Below the pieces are notes generated by a model, which was given only the letters and a program-made list of their open reading frames with translations, searched no databases and was not told the origin of the DNA. Positions 54,553 through 64,000 of a stretch of DNA of 64,000 bases are shown piece by piece. Position numbers and translations under genes: made by a program. The DNA is from an uncultured delta proteobacterium (GTDB taxonomy: Bacteria; Desulfobacterota; Desulfomonilia; UBA1062): NCBI GenBank assembly GCA_963752595.1, contig CAVVYZ010000006.1, positions 11,756-75,755 of the forward strand. Direction: 5' to 3'. Each line of letters starts with the position of its first letter. The stretch's first letter is position 1.

Positions 54553-55923
54553 ATGAACAGCGGTTACGATATCATCGTACTCGGCGCAGGCCCCGCAGGG
54601 ATAGCGACTGCCATTATCGCCCGCAGGTCCGGGGTATCGATCCTGGTCATCGAAAAGGACGGATTCGGCGGAACGTGCCCTCTTCGAGGATGCATTCCCA
54701 AGAAGATCCTCTCCGCCGCCGCGGAAGCCATGGCATGTATCCATAAGGCTCCTGCGGCTCATCGGATTACGGTCAAAGGTGCGGAGTTGAACTGGAAAGA
54801 GCTCATCGAGCTCAAACGAGCCATGATCAAGGATGTTTCGGTTAATGCACGGGACAGGTTCCATTCCCTCGGGATAGATACGATCAACGGCTTTGCAAAA
54901 TTCACCGGCCCGAACAGCATCGAGGTGGACGGCAAAGAATACCGGGCCAAGAAGATCGTCATCGCCACTGGATCGAAACCCCGCAAATTGCCTATCCCCG
55001 GGTTTGAGCATACGCTGACGAGCGACGATCTCTTCGAACTCGAAGCCCTCCCTTCTTCGGTTATCTTCATCGGCGGAGGCGCCATCGGCATGGAGTTCGC
55101 CCATGTCTTCGCGCGTGCCGGCAGTAAGGTAACCATCCTCGAGGCTGCATCGCGGGTTCTGCCGGACATGGATGAAGATATGATCGGCGAACTAACCAGG
55201 TTCACTCAATCTTTAGGTGTCCGGATAAATACCGGCGTTCATGTGGAATCGATACAGAAGACCTCACAGGGCGCGGCCGTGACGTTGACTATCCCGAACA
55301 TCACCGTATCCAGCACCATCGATGCAGCTATCGTTGCGAACGGAGCAGGGCGGGTTGCCGATATCGACGGACTCGACCTCCACAAGGCAGGCATTACGGC
55401 GGATCGCAAGGGCATAGTCCTGGATCAGTACCTCCGCAGCATATCCAACCCGGATGTTTTCGTAGCAGGAGACACAGTAAATGCATCACCCCACCTCTCA
55501 CCGGTTGCCTCGTACGAAGGCAACATCGTTGCCCGCAATATCACCTCGCCGGACCTTATCTCTCCCGACTACAGGGTCGTCCCCACGGCAATCTATACCA
55601 TCCCTGCAGTAGCCGGTGTGGGCCTGACGGAATACGAGGCAAAAAAGCAGGGATTGGAATTCGCAACCGCGTTCCATAATATGTCGGCCTCACGGATTTC
55701 CTCCATCTATGCCGAGCAGGTTGCCTATTCCAAGATAATCATCGACAGCCGGAGCGACCTTATCCTCGGGGCCCATATTATCGGCCACAATGCACAGGAA
55801 CTTATTAACATCTTTGTCCTGGCAATGAAGTTCAAAATTACGGCCCGCGATCTTCACGATACCCTCTACACCTTCCCCACCTTTTCTTCCGGCATCCCGG
55901 TAATGGTCAGGTTCAGAGTGTGA
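54553..55923 (+). CDS. Class I pyridine nucleotide-disulfide oxidoreductase (glutathione reductase-like)
   Basis: GAGPAG, GGTCPLRGCIPKK, ATGS.P, GGG.IGMEFA, AGD. Confidence 0.88.
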   Translation: MNSGYDIIVLGAGPAGIATAIIARRSGVSILVIEKDGFGGTCPLRGCIPKKILSAAAEAMACIHKAPAAHRITVKGAELNWKELIELKRAMIKDVSVNARDRFHSLGIDTINGFAKFTGPNSIEVDGKEYRAKKIVIATGSKPRKLPIPGFEHTLTSDDLFELEALPSSVIFIGGGAIGMEFAHVFARAGSKVTILEAASRVLPDMDEDMIGELTRFTQSLGVRINTGVHVESIQKTSQGAAVTLTIPNITVSSTIDAAIVANGAGRVADIDGLDLHKAGITADRKGIVLDQYLRSISNPDVFVAGDTVNASPHLSPVASYEGNIVARNITSPDLISPDYRVVPTAIYTIPAVAGVGLTEYEAKKQGLEFATAFHNMSASRISSIYAEQVAYSKIIIDSRSDLILGAHIIGHNAQELINIFVLAMKFKITARDLHDTLYTFPTFSSGIPVMVRFRV

Positions 55924-55946
55924 AACCCCCTCTCTAGAGAGATGCT

Positions 55947-56288
55947 TCAGCCTCTCTTCCAGAGCGGGCAGATCTCCGAGGAGCCCGGTTCGTAGTTTCG
56001 GCAGACACCTGGGCGGGTGTCATGGATGCTGCAGGAAAATGCTCCATCCGGCATCTCGAGGAAGGGGCACCCGTAGATGGGCCTGCCGGTTCTGATTGAT
56101 ACGAAATGATCCCCCAGCCAGACTGCCTGCTCGTTTTCGATGATGTGGAGAATGTCAGTGCGGCCTTCGCGTATCCAGCGGTTCATGTCTTCGGAGGTGA
56201 CATAGGCGATCATGTCCGCAAGACAGCACTTCCCGCAGCGCGCACATTCTAAAGTTTCTCGCGGAATCATTGATGGTGAACATACCAT
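55947..56288 (-). CDS. YkgJ family Cys-cluster protein
   Basis: C.RCGKCC, CPFL, CSIH..RP.VCR.Y. Confidence 0.85.
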   Translation of the reverse strand: MVCSPSMIPRETLECARCGKCCLADMIAYVTSEDMNRWIREGRTDILHIIENEQAVWLGDHFVSIRTGRPIYGCPFLEMPDGAFSCSIHDTRPGVCRNYEPGSSEICPLWKRG

Positions 56289-56465
56289 ATCCTTTGTTTT
56301 TCTTCAATATCCGGCTGTTGCCGGTTCTGTTTATATGCCCCTCGCGTCCCTCTTTCCCCTTTACATCGAACCTAATTTCAGATAGATGAATCAGTATTCA
56401 TTTTTTACGTATAACCAGCGAATAATTCTGTCAGTGACAGGAGAATATGAATAAAGGGGGATTTC

Positions 56466-57719
56466 ATGAAGGATGTAGTAATCGTTTCTGCATGCAGAAC
56501 AGCCATAGGCACCTTCGGCGGTACCCTGAAGGATGTCGGCGGATGGAACATAGGGAAAACAGCCATGAAGGGTGCTATTGACCGAGCCGGTATCGACCCG
56601 GCCCTGATCGACGACGTCCGCTTCGGGTGCTGCATGGAGCCCGTGGATACGCTGAATATCACACGCGTCGCAGCACTGCTGGCAGGCGTTCCCGAGTCGG
56701 TCACGGCAGTTACCATCAACCGGGTCTGCATTTCCGGCATGGAAGCGGTTTTGAGCGGTGCCGCCATGATCAAGGCAGAGATGGCGGATATCATCCTTGC
56801 AGGCGGTGTGGAGCACATGTCCGGGACACCCTTTGTTTCGCTGGATGCCAGATGGGGCTGCAGGCTCAATGACAAGGTCTTCGTGGATGCCATGACCCGC
56901 GGGCTCCACTGCGGTTCACACGTTCAGCCGCTCGGTGACGACAGCCCGGTGAAAGGGCTTCCCATTTTCGAGACGTACAAGGGCAAGCCGTATATCATGG
57001 GCCAGACTGCCGAATTCCTGGCGGATCTCTACAAGATCACCCGCGAGGAAATGGACGAAGTGGCACTCAGGAGCCATAACGGCGCAGAAAGGGCAACTAT
57101 CGAGGGCGACTTCAAGGAAGAGATCGTGCCCATCGAGATTCCCCAGAAAAGGGGCAAACCGCCTGTCATATTCGACAAAGACGAGCACTTCAGGCCGAAG
57201 CTTACCATGGACGACCTGGGAAAGCTGCCTGCAGCGTTCCTGCCGAAGGGCGGCAGGGTAACCGCAGGAAACGCCTCCGGCCTCAATGACGGCGCTTCGG
57301 CTATGATCATCATGTCAGCGGAGAAGGCCAAGGAGCTGGGTTTAAAACCCCTGGCAAGAATCGTTGCCTCATCGCGCGGCGGATGCCACCCTTCGGTCAT
57401 GGGAATCAGCCCCGTGCCCGCGGTGAAGAACCTCCTGAAGAACAATCCTCAGTTTACCGTGGACAGCTTCGATCTCATGGAGGTCAATGAGGCCTTTGCA
57501 TCCCAGTACATCGCCTGCGAGCGAGACCTCAAGCTGAAACGGGACAAGGTCAATGTGAACGGATCCGGCATCGGACTGGGCCACCCGGTGGGCAGCACAG
57601 GTGCCCGTGTCATCATAACGCTCATGCATGCCCTGAAGAAGCGTGGAAAGAGCCTTGGATTGGCCACCCTCTGCGGAGGAGGAGGCGTATCCATGGCAAC
57701 CGTCATCGAAATTCTGTAG
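56466..57719 (+). CDS. Acetyl-CoA acetyltransferase (thiolase)
   Basis: NRVCISG, VTAGNASG.NDGA, NEAF, GHPVG.TGAR, LCGGGG. Confidence 0.95.
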   Translation: MKDVVIVSACRTAIGTFGGTLKDVGGWNIGKTAMKGAIDRAGIDPALIDDVRFGCCMEPVDTLNITRVAALLAGVPESVTAVTINRVCISGMEAVLSGAAMIKAEMADIILAGGVEHMSGTPFVSLDARWGCRLNDKVFVDAMTRGLHCGSHVQPLGDDSPVKGLPIFETYKGKPYIMGQTAEFLADLYKITREEMDEVALRSHNGAERATIEGDFKEEIVPIEIPQKRGKPPVIFDKDEHFRPKLTMDDLGKLPAAFLPKGGRVTAGNASGLNDGASAMIIMSAEKAKELGLKPLARIVASSRGGCHPSVMGISPVPAVKNLLKNNPQFTVDSFDLMEVNEAFASQYIACERDLKLKRDKVNVNGSGIGLGHPVGSTGARVIITLMHALKKRGKSLGLATLCGGGGVSMATVIEIL

Positions 57720-57732
57720 GCTTAAGTTTTCA

Positions 57733-57776
57733 AAAAAACTCGCATCCTCGATCATACCGATGGATGCGGGTTTTTT
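57733..57776 (+). terminator. Rho-independent (possibly bidirectional) terminator
   Basis: AAAAAACTCGCATCC...GGATGCGGGTTTTTT. Confidence 0.75.
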
Positions 57777-58120
57777 ATTTTTCAGGTTTCCTTTTCCACA
57801 CTTGCGGCCGGCATGATATCCAACTCCTATTCCCTCTGGAGGGAAAAACGGCGGCCGCTCCTGCTGGATAGTATCCGGGACATTCTGCGGCGGAAAGGTT
57901 CAGGGCACCTTTGCGAGCAAGTTGAGCAACTGTATGGAATGCGAGTTCTACAAGCGTGTCGGGCAGGAGGAAGGGCAATCCCTTGAGAAAGCTTCTGCAA
58001 TCATGGCCAAGCTGCGCGGCGATAAAAAATAGGCTTTCATCCAGCCCAATCTTCCTTTGGAAAATCCGGCGAGCCATGTCTTCTTCAAGGGACAGGAGCG
58101 CCGAAGATTTTCCCTTGCCT

Positions 58121-58846
58121 TCATCCAATGATGCCGAAGAGCGGAGCGAGCACGATGCCGGTAAAGTCCTGGAGAAAATGAATTACCACCGGCGCCACCA
58201 GACTCCTGCGCCATAAATAAATAACCGCGAACACTATCCCCATAATTCCCACAGTACCGACACCTGCCGATCCTTCATACCCGTGCCCGAGAGCGAAGAT
58301 AACGGCTGATACGAGAACGGACCAGGTCCCGCTTTTCGTGATATGGAGAAATCTCAGCACGAGATACCCCCGGAAAATGGTTTCTTCAACAACTGCAACG
58401 ACTACGACAAGCGCCGATGCGACCAGTATCTGCGGGATATTGTCTGCAGTCAGAAACGCAGGTTTGGGCGTTTGGGGCAGATTAAATCCTATCTCCTGGA
58501 GAATACCGCCGACCAGGCCCAGGAGGATAAAGAAAACCGGGAAGAGTGCAATGCCGACGATGATTTCGTGCCGTACGTGTTCGGTTTTCCACCCGATACT
58601 GCCGAGCGGCTCGGCATTCCGCCAGAGGAAGAACAGGATAAGGCACAACAGAGCGAGGTCTCGCGTAATAATCGCCAACGCGGTGATCAGGAACCCCACG
58701 TCTTTTTCCTGCTCGGTAAAGAAAGACAGGATCATCGAAGGGACGATGAGAAAAAGGAAAACCCCTACTTCGAACAACTGCTCCTGCTCGGAGGTAAAGC
58801 GCGCCCTCTTGTTATCAAGTGTGACGGTGTATCCTTCTTCATCCAT
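58121..58846 (-). CDS. CPBP (CAAX/Abi-like) intramembrane glutamic protease
   Basis: EETIFRGY, F..GH.Y, H..QD motifs; TM-rich; start uncertain. Confidence 0.9.
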   Translation of the reverse strand: MDEEGYTVTLDNKRARFTSEQEQLFEVGVFLFLIVPSMILSFFTEQEKDVGFLITALAIITRDLALLCLILFFLWRNAEPLGSIGWKTEHVRHEIIVGIALFPVFFILLGLVGGILQEIGFNLPQTPKPAFLTADNIPQILVASALVVVVAVVEETIFRGYLVLRFLHITKSGTWSVLVSAVIFALGHGYEGSAGVGTVGIMGIVFAVIYLWRRSLVAPVVIHFLQDFTGIVLAPLFGIIG

Positions 58847-59009
58847 ATATGAAGAATACTGAAGGCATGCGGTTGAGACAAGGGGACCTTTACTATCAGT
58901 CCCTCGCCCCATGGTTTTATCCGGCTAAATGGGTAAGCATGGACGCCCCCGGCCCTTTGCATGCGCGATCTTTTTCCCGTTCATGCAAGGGGCCGGGTTT
59001 CCTATATTT

Positions 59010-59787
59010 TTACGGCATTATCCGGAGTGCTATTTCCGTGGGTGCAGGGGGCGTTTTGCTTCGCTGTGCAACGGGATCGGGCATGCCGTCCCATACCTCC
59101 CAGTCATCGACCTCCCTTGAGAAAGAGCCGATAGGGGCTTCACCGTCTATTGACGGAACGGATATGTAGAACATTTCATTCGTCCATACCCCGGTACCGA
59201 AAACATCATCGACTTTGAGGGCGCCATCGTACCAGAATCTGCTGACTCCTTCGGAGAACTTTATATAGAATTCGTAATGATGCCACTGGCCGTCCGTCTG
59301 ATTCGGACATTCAAGCCAGTTGCCCATGGTCATCATCTTTACCCTTGGCGGATGCAGAATAATAAATGCTGCCGCTGGTTGCGAGAGAGAAGTGAACATA
59401 ACTTGAAGCCTTGTTCCAATGAGGATAGAACAGCTTGATGTTCTCCATTGCAGCGGTCTTTTTAAACGTTGGGTAGCGCATCCAGAAAGAGACGTACATC
59501 TCATCCGTGGGCCAGGGGGTAATCATCTTGTCGGCCCCCCAATACATATTGGCCTCATTGACCGTTCCGGAAGCAAAGGCATACCCCGTCCCGTTCCTTC
59601 CCACAGCCGTCAGATTATATTGGGGAGGGCTCAATTTGGCCCAATTATGACCGTATACCTCGCACCTGTCGTCCAGCACCTGATCATCGAAATTCTCAAA
59701 AAGAAGACAGTTCGAAGCAATTCCTTGAATCGGTGAAAGGATCATGAACATGGCACTTAGATAAATCAACTTGGATATCTTTAACAT
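59010..59787 (-). CDS. Secreted jelly-roll-like protein (paralog 3; frameshift near 59338)
   Basis: ORF 59311..59925 gives the N-half (ENFDD.VLD.R, PPQYNL.AVGR, PWPTDE.YVSFWMRYP); ORF 59010..59504 gives the C-half (CPNQ.DG.WHHYEFY...WDGMP). Confidence 0.75.
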
Positions 59788-60208
59788 GGTTGGCTCCTCT
59801 GATTTTTTGGGTTTTTTTAATGGGATGAGGGGGACGTCCATATCGCGTAAGTTTCCCATCCCAATTAATTCGATCGCCTCCACGACGGGCAAGGCCTTGT
59901 ATATCCCCGGCCGATACTCCGGCAACCCACCTTAAAGGATCAATCACACTTCCTTGCCCGAGAAGCGTACCCTTCCCGTACCATTCACACCGGTTCATTG
60001 CAACCCCTAGTTTCGCAAGGCATTTCAGCAAGATAGGCTTCGATGCTCACGTATTGGGATTTTTATGGAAAGATTCCCGGAGCTTGTGCGGCGGGTCTTA
60101 TCCGGTGATTCGGGAAATATGATCGACAAGGATGAGGCTGAATCTGCAGAGATCCTCGGGCAAACGCTATCAGAGCTTTATTTTCCTCGCCATACGGCCG
60201 GCAGAAAA

Positions 60209-60736
60209 TTAATTTTCGATTCCGCAGCGGGCCTGGACGCCTTTCCGGTAGTAGTGTTTGATCTCTACCATCTCGGTGACGAGGTCTGCCTCGTGGATGA
60301 GGCCTTCCGTAGCACCCCTGCCGGTGAGGATGAGCTCCATGCCCTCGGGCTTCTTTTTCATGAGGCCTAAGACATCTTCTTCGCTGATAAAGCCGAATTT
60401 CATTGAGGTGATGATTTCGTCGGCAATGAGGATACTGCATTTTTTTGAATCCATTATTGCCTGAAGCCGGTCGAAGGCAGCCCGGGCCCGATTCACATCC
60501 TCGGGGTCCGGCGGATCGGTGATCCGGCAGAAGCTCGGATGACCGTACTGCTCGATGGTAACGAGACCCTGAAGCATCTTCACTGCATCGAGCTCTGAAT
60601 AGTGCTGCCCCTTCATGAACTGGACGATGCTGGTCTTCATGCCGCAGCCTGCCGCCCGCAGCGCGAGGCCGAGGGCAGCGGTGGTCTTTCCCTTGCCGTT
60701 TCCGGTATAGATCTGGATGTAGCCTTTCTCCATCAT
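60209..60736 (-). CDS. cobO: Cob(I)alamin adenosyltransferase (CobO/BtuR type)
   Basis: YTGNGKGKTTAALG, QFMKG, DEI, LILTGR, ADLVTEM...KH, GIE. Confidence 0.93.
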   Translation of the reverse strand: MMEKGYIQIYTGNGKGKTTAALGLALRAAGCGMKTSIVQFMKGQHYSELDAVKMLQGLVTIEQYGHPSFCRITDPPDPEDVNRARAAFDRLQAIMDSKKCSILIADEIITSMKFGFISEEDVLGLMKKKPEGMELILTGRGATEGLIHEADLVTEMVEIKHYYRKGVQARCGIEN

Positions 60737-60775
60737 ATGCCCTGTGCTCCCTATAACCTCAGGAAGTATCCTCTT

Positions 60776-63700
60776 TTACATATTTCTGCGGAACTTGCCG
60801 CCGGCCTCGTAGAGGGCTGCTGTAATCTGGCCCAGGCTTGCAACCCGCACAGTCTCCATGAGCTCAGCAAAGACGTTCCCGCCCGAAAGCGCTGCCCTTT
60901 TAAGCTCTTTAAGCGCTGCCTGCCCCTTCTTCTCGTGCTTCTTCTGAAACTTCCTTACATTATCCAACTGGGCCTGCTTCTCCTCTATACGCTGCTCGCG
61001 TCAGAGGAATGCAACCACCCCCGGATGCCTGGCTCCCCGATCGGACCCCATCGGGATTCTCATAGGTGTTCACCCCGATGATGGGCAGCTTCCCCGAATG
61101 CTTGAGCTGCTCGTAGTACATCGACTCGTCCTGAATCTTCGAGCGCTGGTACTGCGTCTCCATCGCACCAAGCACCCCTTTCCGGTCGCTTATCCGCTCA
61201 AACTCCTTCAACACCCCCTCCTCCACCGCATCCGTCAGCCACTCCATGAAAAACGACCCCTGGCTTATGTTCTCGTTCATAGAAAGGCCGAACTCCCGGT
61301 TGATGATCATCTGAATCGCCACGGCTCGCCTCACCGACTCCTCCGTGGGTGTGGTGATCGCCTCGTCATAGGCATTCGTGTGCAGCGAGTTGCAGTTGTC
61401 TCCAAGCGCTGTTAAGGCCTGTAACGTCGTCCTGATGTCGTTGAACTGAATCTCCATGCTGTGCAGCGACCTGCCGGATGTCTGAATATGGTATTTCAGC
61501 CTCTGGGATGCCTCGCTCGCCCCGTAGAGCTCCCTTAACGCGATGGCCCAGATCCTCCTGGCTACCCTGCCCAGCACGCTGTACTCAGGGTCCATCCCGC
61601 TCGAAAAGAAGAACGAGAAGTTCTTCGCAAACTCATCGATCCCCATGCCCCGGGACAGGTAATACTCAATGTACGTAAACCCGTTGGCTAGCGTAAACGC
61701 CAGCTGGCTGATCGGGTTGGCCCCGGCTTCCGCAATATGGTAGCCGCTTATGCTCACCGAGTAGAAGTTCTCCACCTCGTGCTCGATGAAGTACTCCTGG
61801 ATATCTCCCATCATCTTCAGTGCAAACTCCGTGGAGAAGATGCACGTGTTCTGTCCCTGGTCCTCCTTGAGAATATCTGCCTGCACCGTGCCCCGCACAT
61901 TCTTCAGTACCCGCTTCCTGATCCCTTCTTGCTCACGGGCACTCGGCTTCCTGCCCTTCTCCTTTGTAAAACCATCCACCTGCTGGTCGATGGCCGTGTT
62001 GAAGAACATCGCCGTCATGATGGGCGCAGGACCGTTGATCGTCATGGACACGCTCGTGGTCGGCGATAACAGGTCAAAGCCCGCATAGAGCTTCTTCATG
62101 TCGTCGAGCGTGCAGATGCTCACCCCGCTCTCCCCTATCTTCCCGAAGATGTCGGGCTTCTCGTGCGGGTCCTCCCCGTATAAGGTCACGCTGTCAAAGG
62201 CTGTGCTCAACCGCTTGGCTTCGTCATGCCGGCACAGGTAGTGAAACCGCCTGTTCGTCCTCTCCGGTCCACCTTCCCCGGCAAACTGCCGCTTCGGGTC
62301 CTCCCAGTCCCGCTTGAACGGGAATACACCTGCCGTATACGGAAAAAACCCCGGCAGGTTCTCCTTCCTCAGCCAGGTGTAAAGGTCTCCCTTATCCGTG
62401 AACGCAGGCAGGGCAATCTTCGGGATATCAAGCCCGGAAAGTGACTCCCTGGTCAGCATCACCTGGATCTTCTTGTCCCTAACCGTGTACGAGTACGACT
62501 TCGAGCGGTACCGCTCCTTCAGCTTATCCCACCCCTCAACAAGATCCCTATCCTCTTTTGTGACACCCTTCTTTATCTCGAGGAGCTTCTTGCGCAAAGT
62601 CGTTACTGTCTGCTTGTCTTGCGCTCCCTTCACGATGTCTTCGAGCGCATGGATCTTCCTGAGCTTATCGCTTATCTCTTTCGTTCTGCCGTGATAGCCC
62701 CTCACCGCATCCGCTATCCTGCTTAAATACTGCTGCCTGCCCGAAGGCACGATCCCTTCATGTACCTTCTCCTCTCCTGTCTCCCGTACCTCCGGGGGCT
62801 CCCAGTCAAGACACCCCTTGCCGTTAAGCCCCTTGATCAGGTTGGCCCATGCCCTGTCCATCCCTGCATCGTTATACCTGCTCGCTACGGTCCCGAAGAT
62901 CGGCAACTCCTCAGGCAGTGCATCGAAAAGCTCGTGGTTCCTCATGTACTGCTTCCTTACATGCTTCATCGCATCAAGGGCCTTGTCCTGCTCAAACTTG
63001 TTGATCACCACCATGTCCGCAAAATCCAGCATGTCTATCTTCTCAAGCTGCGTCGGCGCCCCGTACTCCGCAGTCATCACATACAAACAGTAATCGCTTA
63101 CACCCGTTACCGCCGTGTCCGCCTGCCCTATGCCGCTCGTCTCTACAATGATCAGATCGTACCCCGCTGCACGAACGATATCCAGCGCATCATGGGTCGC
63201 CTCAGAAAGCTCATCTCTGGACCCCCGCGTGGCCATGGAGCGCATGTATACCCTCTCATCGTCTATCTGGTTCATCCGGATCCTGTCCCCCAGCAATGCT
63301 CCCCCGCTCCGGGACCTGGTCGGGTCTACCGAGATCACCGCTACCCTCTTGTCCGGGTAGTGATACAGCATCCTCCTTAATATCTCATCAATGAACGAAC
63401 TCTTGCCGGATCCCCCGGTCCCCGTTACCCCTATGATCGGACAATCCGACTCCATACCCTTTAAAAACGACCGCATCGGCTCAAAACTCTTGTCCTTGTA
63501 AAACCTCCCACGCTCAGCACAGCTGATCAGCCTGCCCATGATCACCGGGTCCTTTGACCGGATCGCTTCCGCTTCCATCGGCACCTCCGGTATCCTTACC
63601 CCCGAAGCTATGCCTATCATGTGCGTGATCATCCCCTTTAATCCCATGGCCTTCCCGTCTTCGGGCGAGTAGATCTTCGCTACCCCGTATGCCTCAAGCT

Positions 63701-64000
63701 CCGCTATCTCCTCAGACACTATCACTCCTCCCCCTCCCCCGAATACCTTCACATACCCGCACCCTCTCCCTTTAAGATGATCAATCAGATACTTGAAATA
63801 CTCCACGTGCCCACCCTGGTACGAACTCACCGCTACCCCGTGCGCACCCTCCTGTATAGCCGCGTTCACTACCTCCGCTACACTCCTGTTGTGCCCAAGA
63901 TGCACTACCTCTACCCCACACTCCTGCATTATCCTCCTCATGATGTTGATCGCTGCATCATGCCCGTCATATAATGACGTCGCCGTGATAAACCGAAGTG
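60776..64000 (-). CDS. icmF: Fused isobutyryl-CoA mutase/GTPase IcmF (5'-truncated by window; frameshift near 61000)
   Basis: DGHDAAINIMRR (B12-binding), GTGGSGKSS and ALLGDRIRM (MeaB), RQFAGEG and RGTVQADILKEDQGQ (mutase); the C-terminus is in ORF 60776..60967. Confidence 0.95.

Noticed and set aside
54553-55923. Mercuric reductase MerA
   Set aside because: No C-terminal Cys-Cys pair, no NmerA domain and no mer genes.
57775-58216. Short ORFs between thiolase and the CPBP gene
   Set aside because: Overlapping alternatives on both strands with no motif or clear RBS.

Overview
Chromosomal window from what looks like an anaerobic deltaproteobacterium (Desulfobacterota-like; inferred from gene content only). 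(1) 1-27 kb: minus-strand exosortase/EpsI-headed Wzx/Wzy exopolysaccharide locus rich in acyl- and amide-tailoring enzymes. It is interrupted by a DUF559 endonuclease gene flanked by perfect 39-bp inverted repeats, and ends in two secreted jelly-roll-like paralogs with sigma54-type promoters; a third paralog lies at 59 kb. (2) 27-30.5 kb: internally deleted liv operon and htpX. (3) 30.7-40.2 kb: polyamine cluster (potABCD, XRE-cupin regulator, pdaD, speB, carboxyspermidine dehydrogenase and decarboxylase), Trm112 and PNP. (4) 40-43 kb: lon and hsp20. (5) 43-53 kb: group 1 [NiFe] hydrogenase operon with hyp genes. (6) 54-64 kb: disulfide reductase, thiolase, CPBP protease, cobO and icmF. Many genes at 30.8-39 kb and 45.5-53 kb carry small frameshifts that are probably sequencing errors, so their ends are approximate. 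No rRNA, tRNA, CRISPR array or transposase was recognised. All product calls come from motif recognition by eye; no database search was run.
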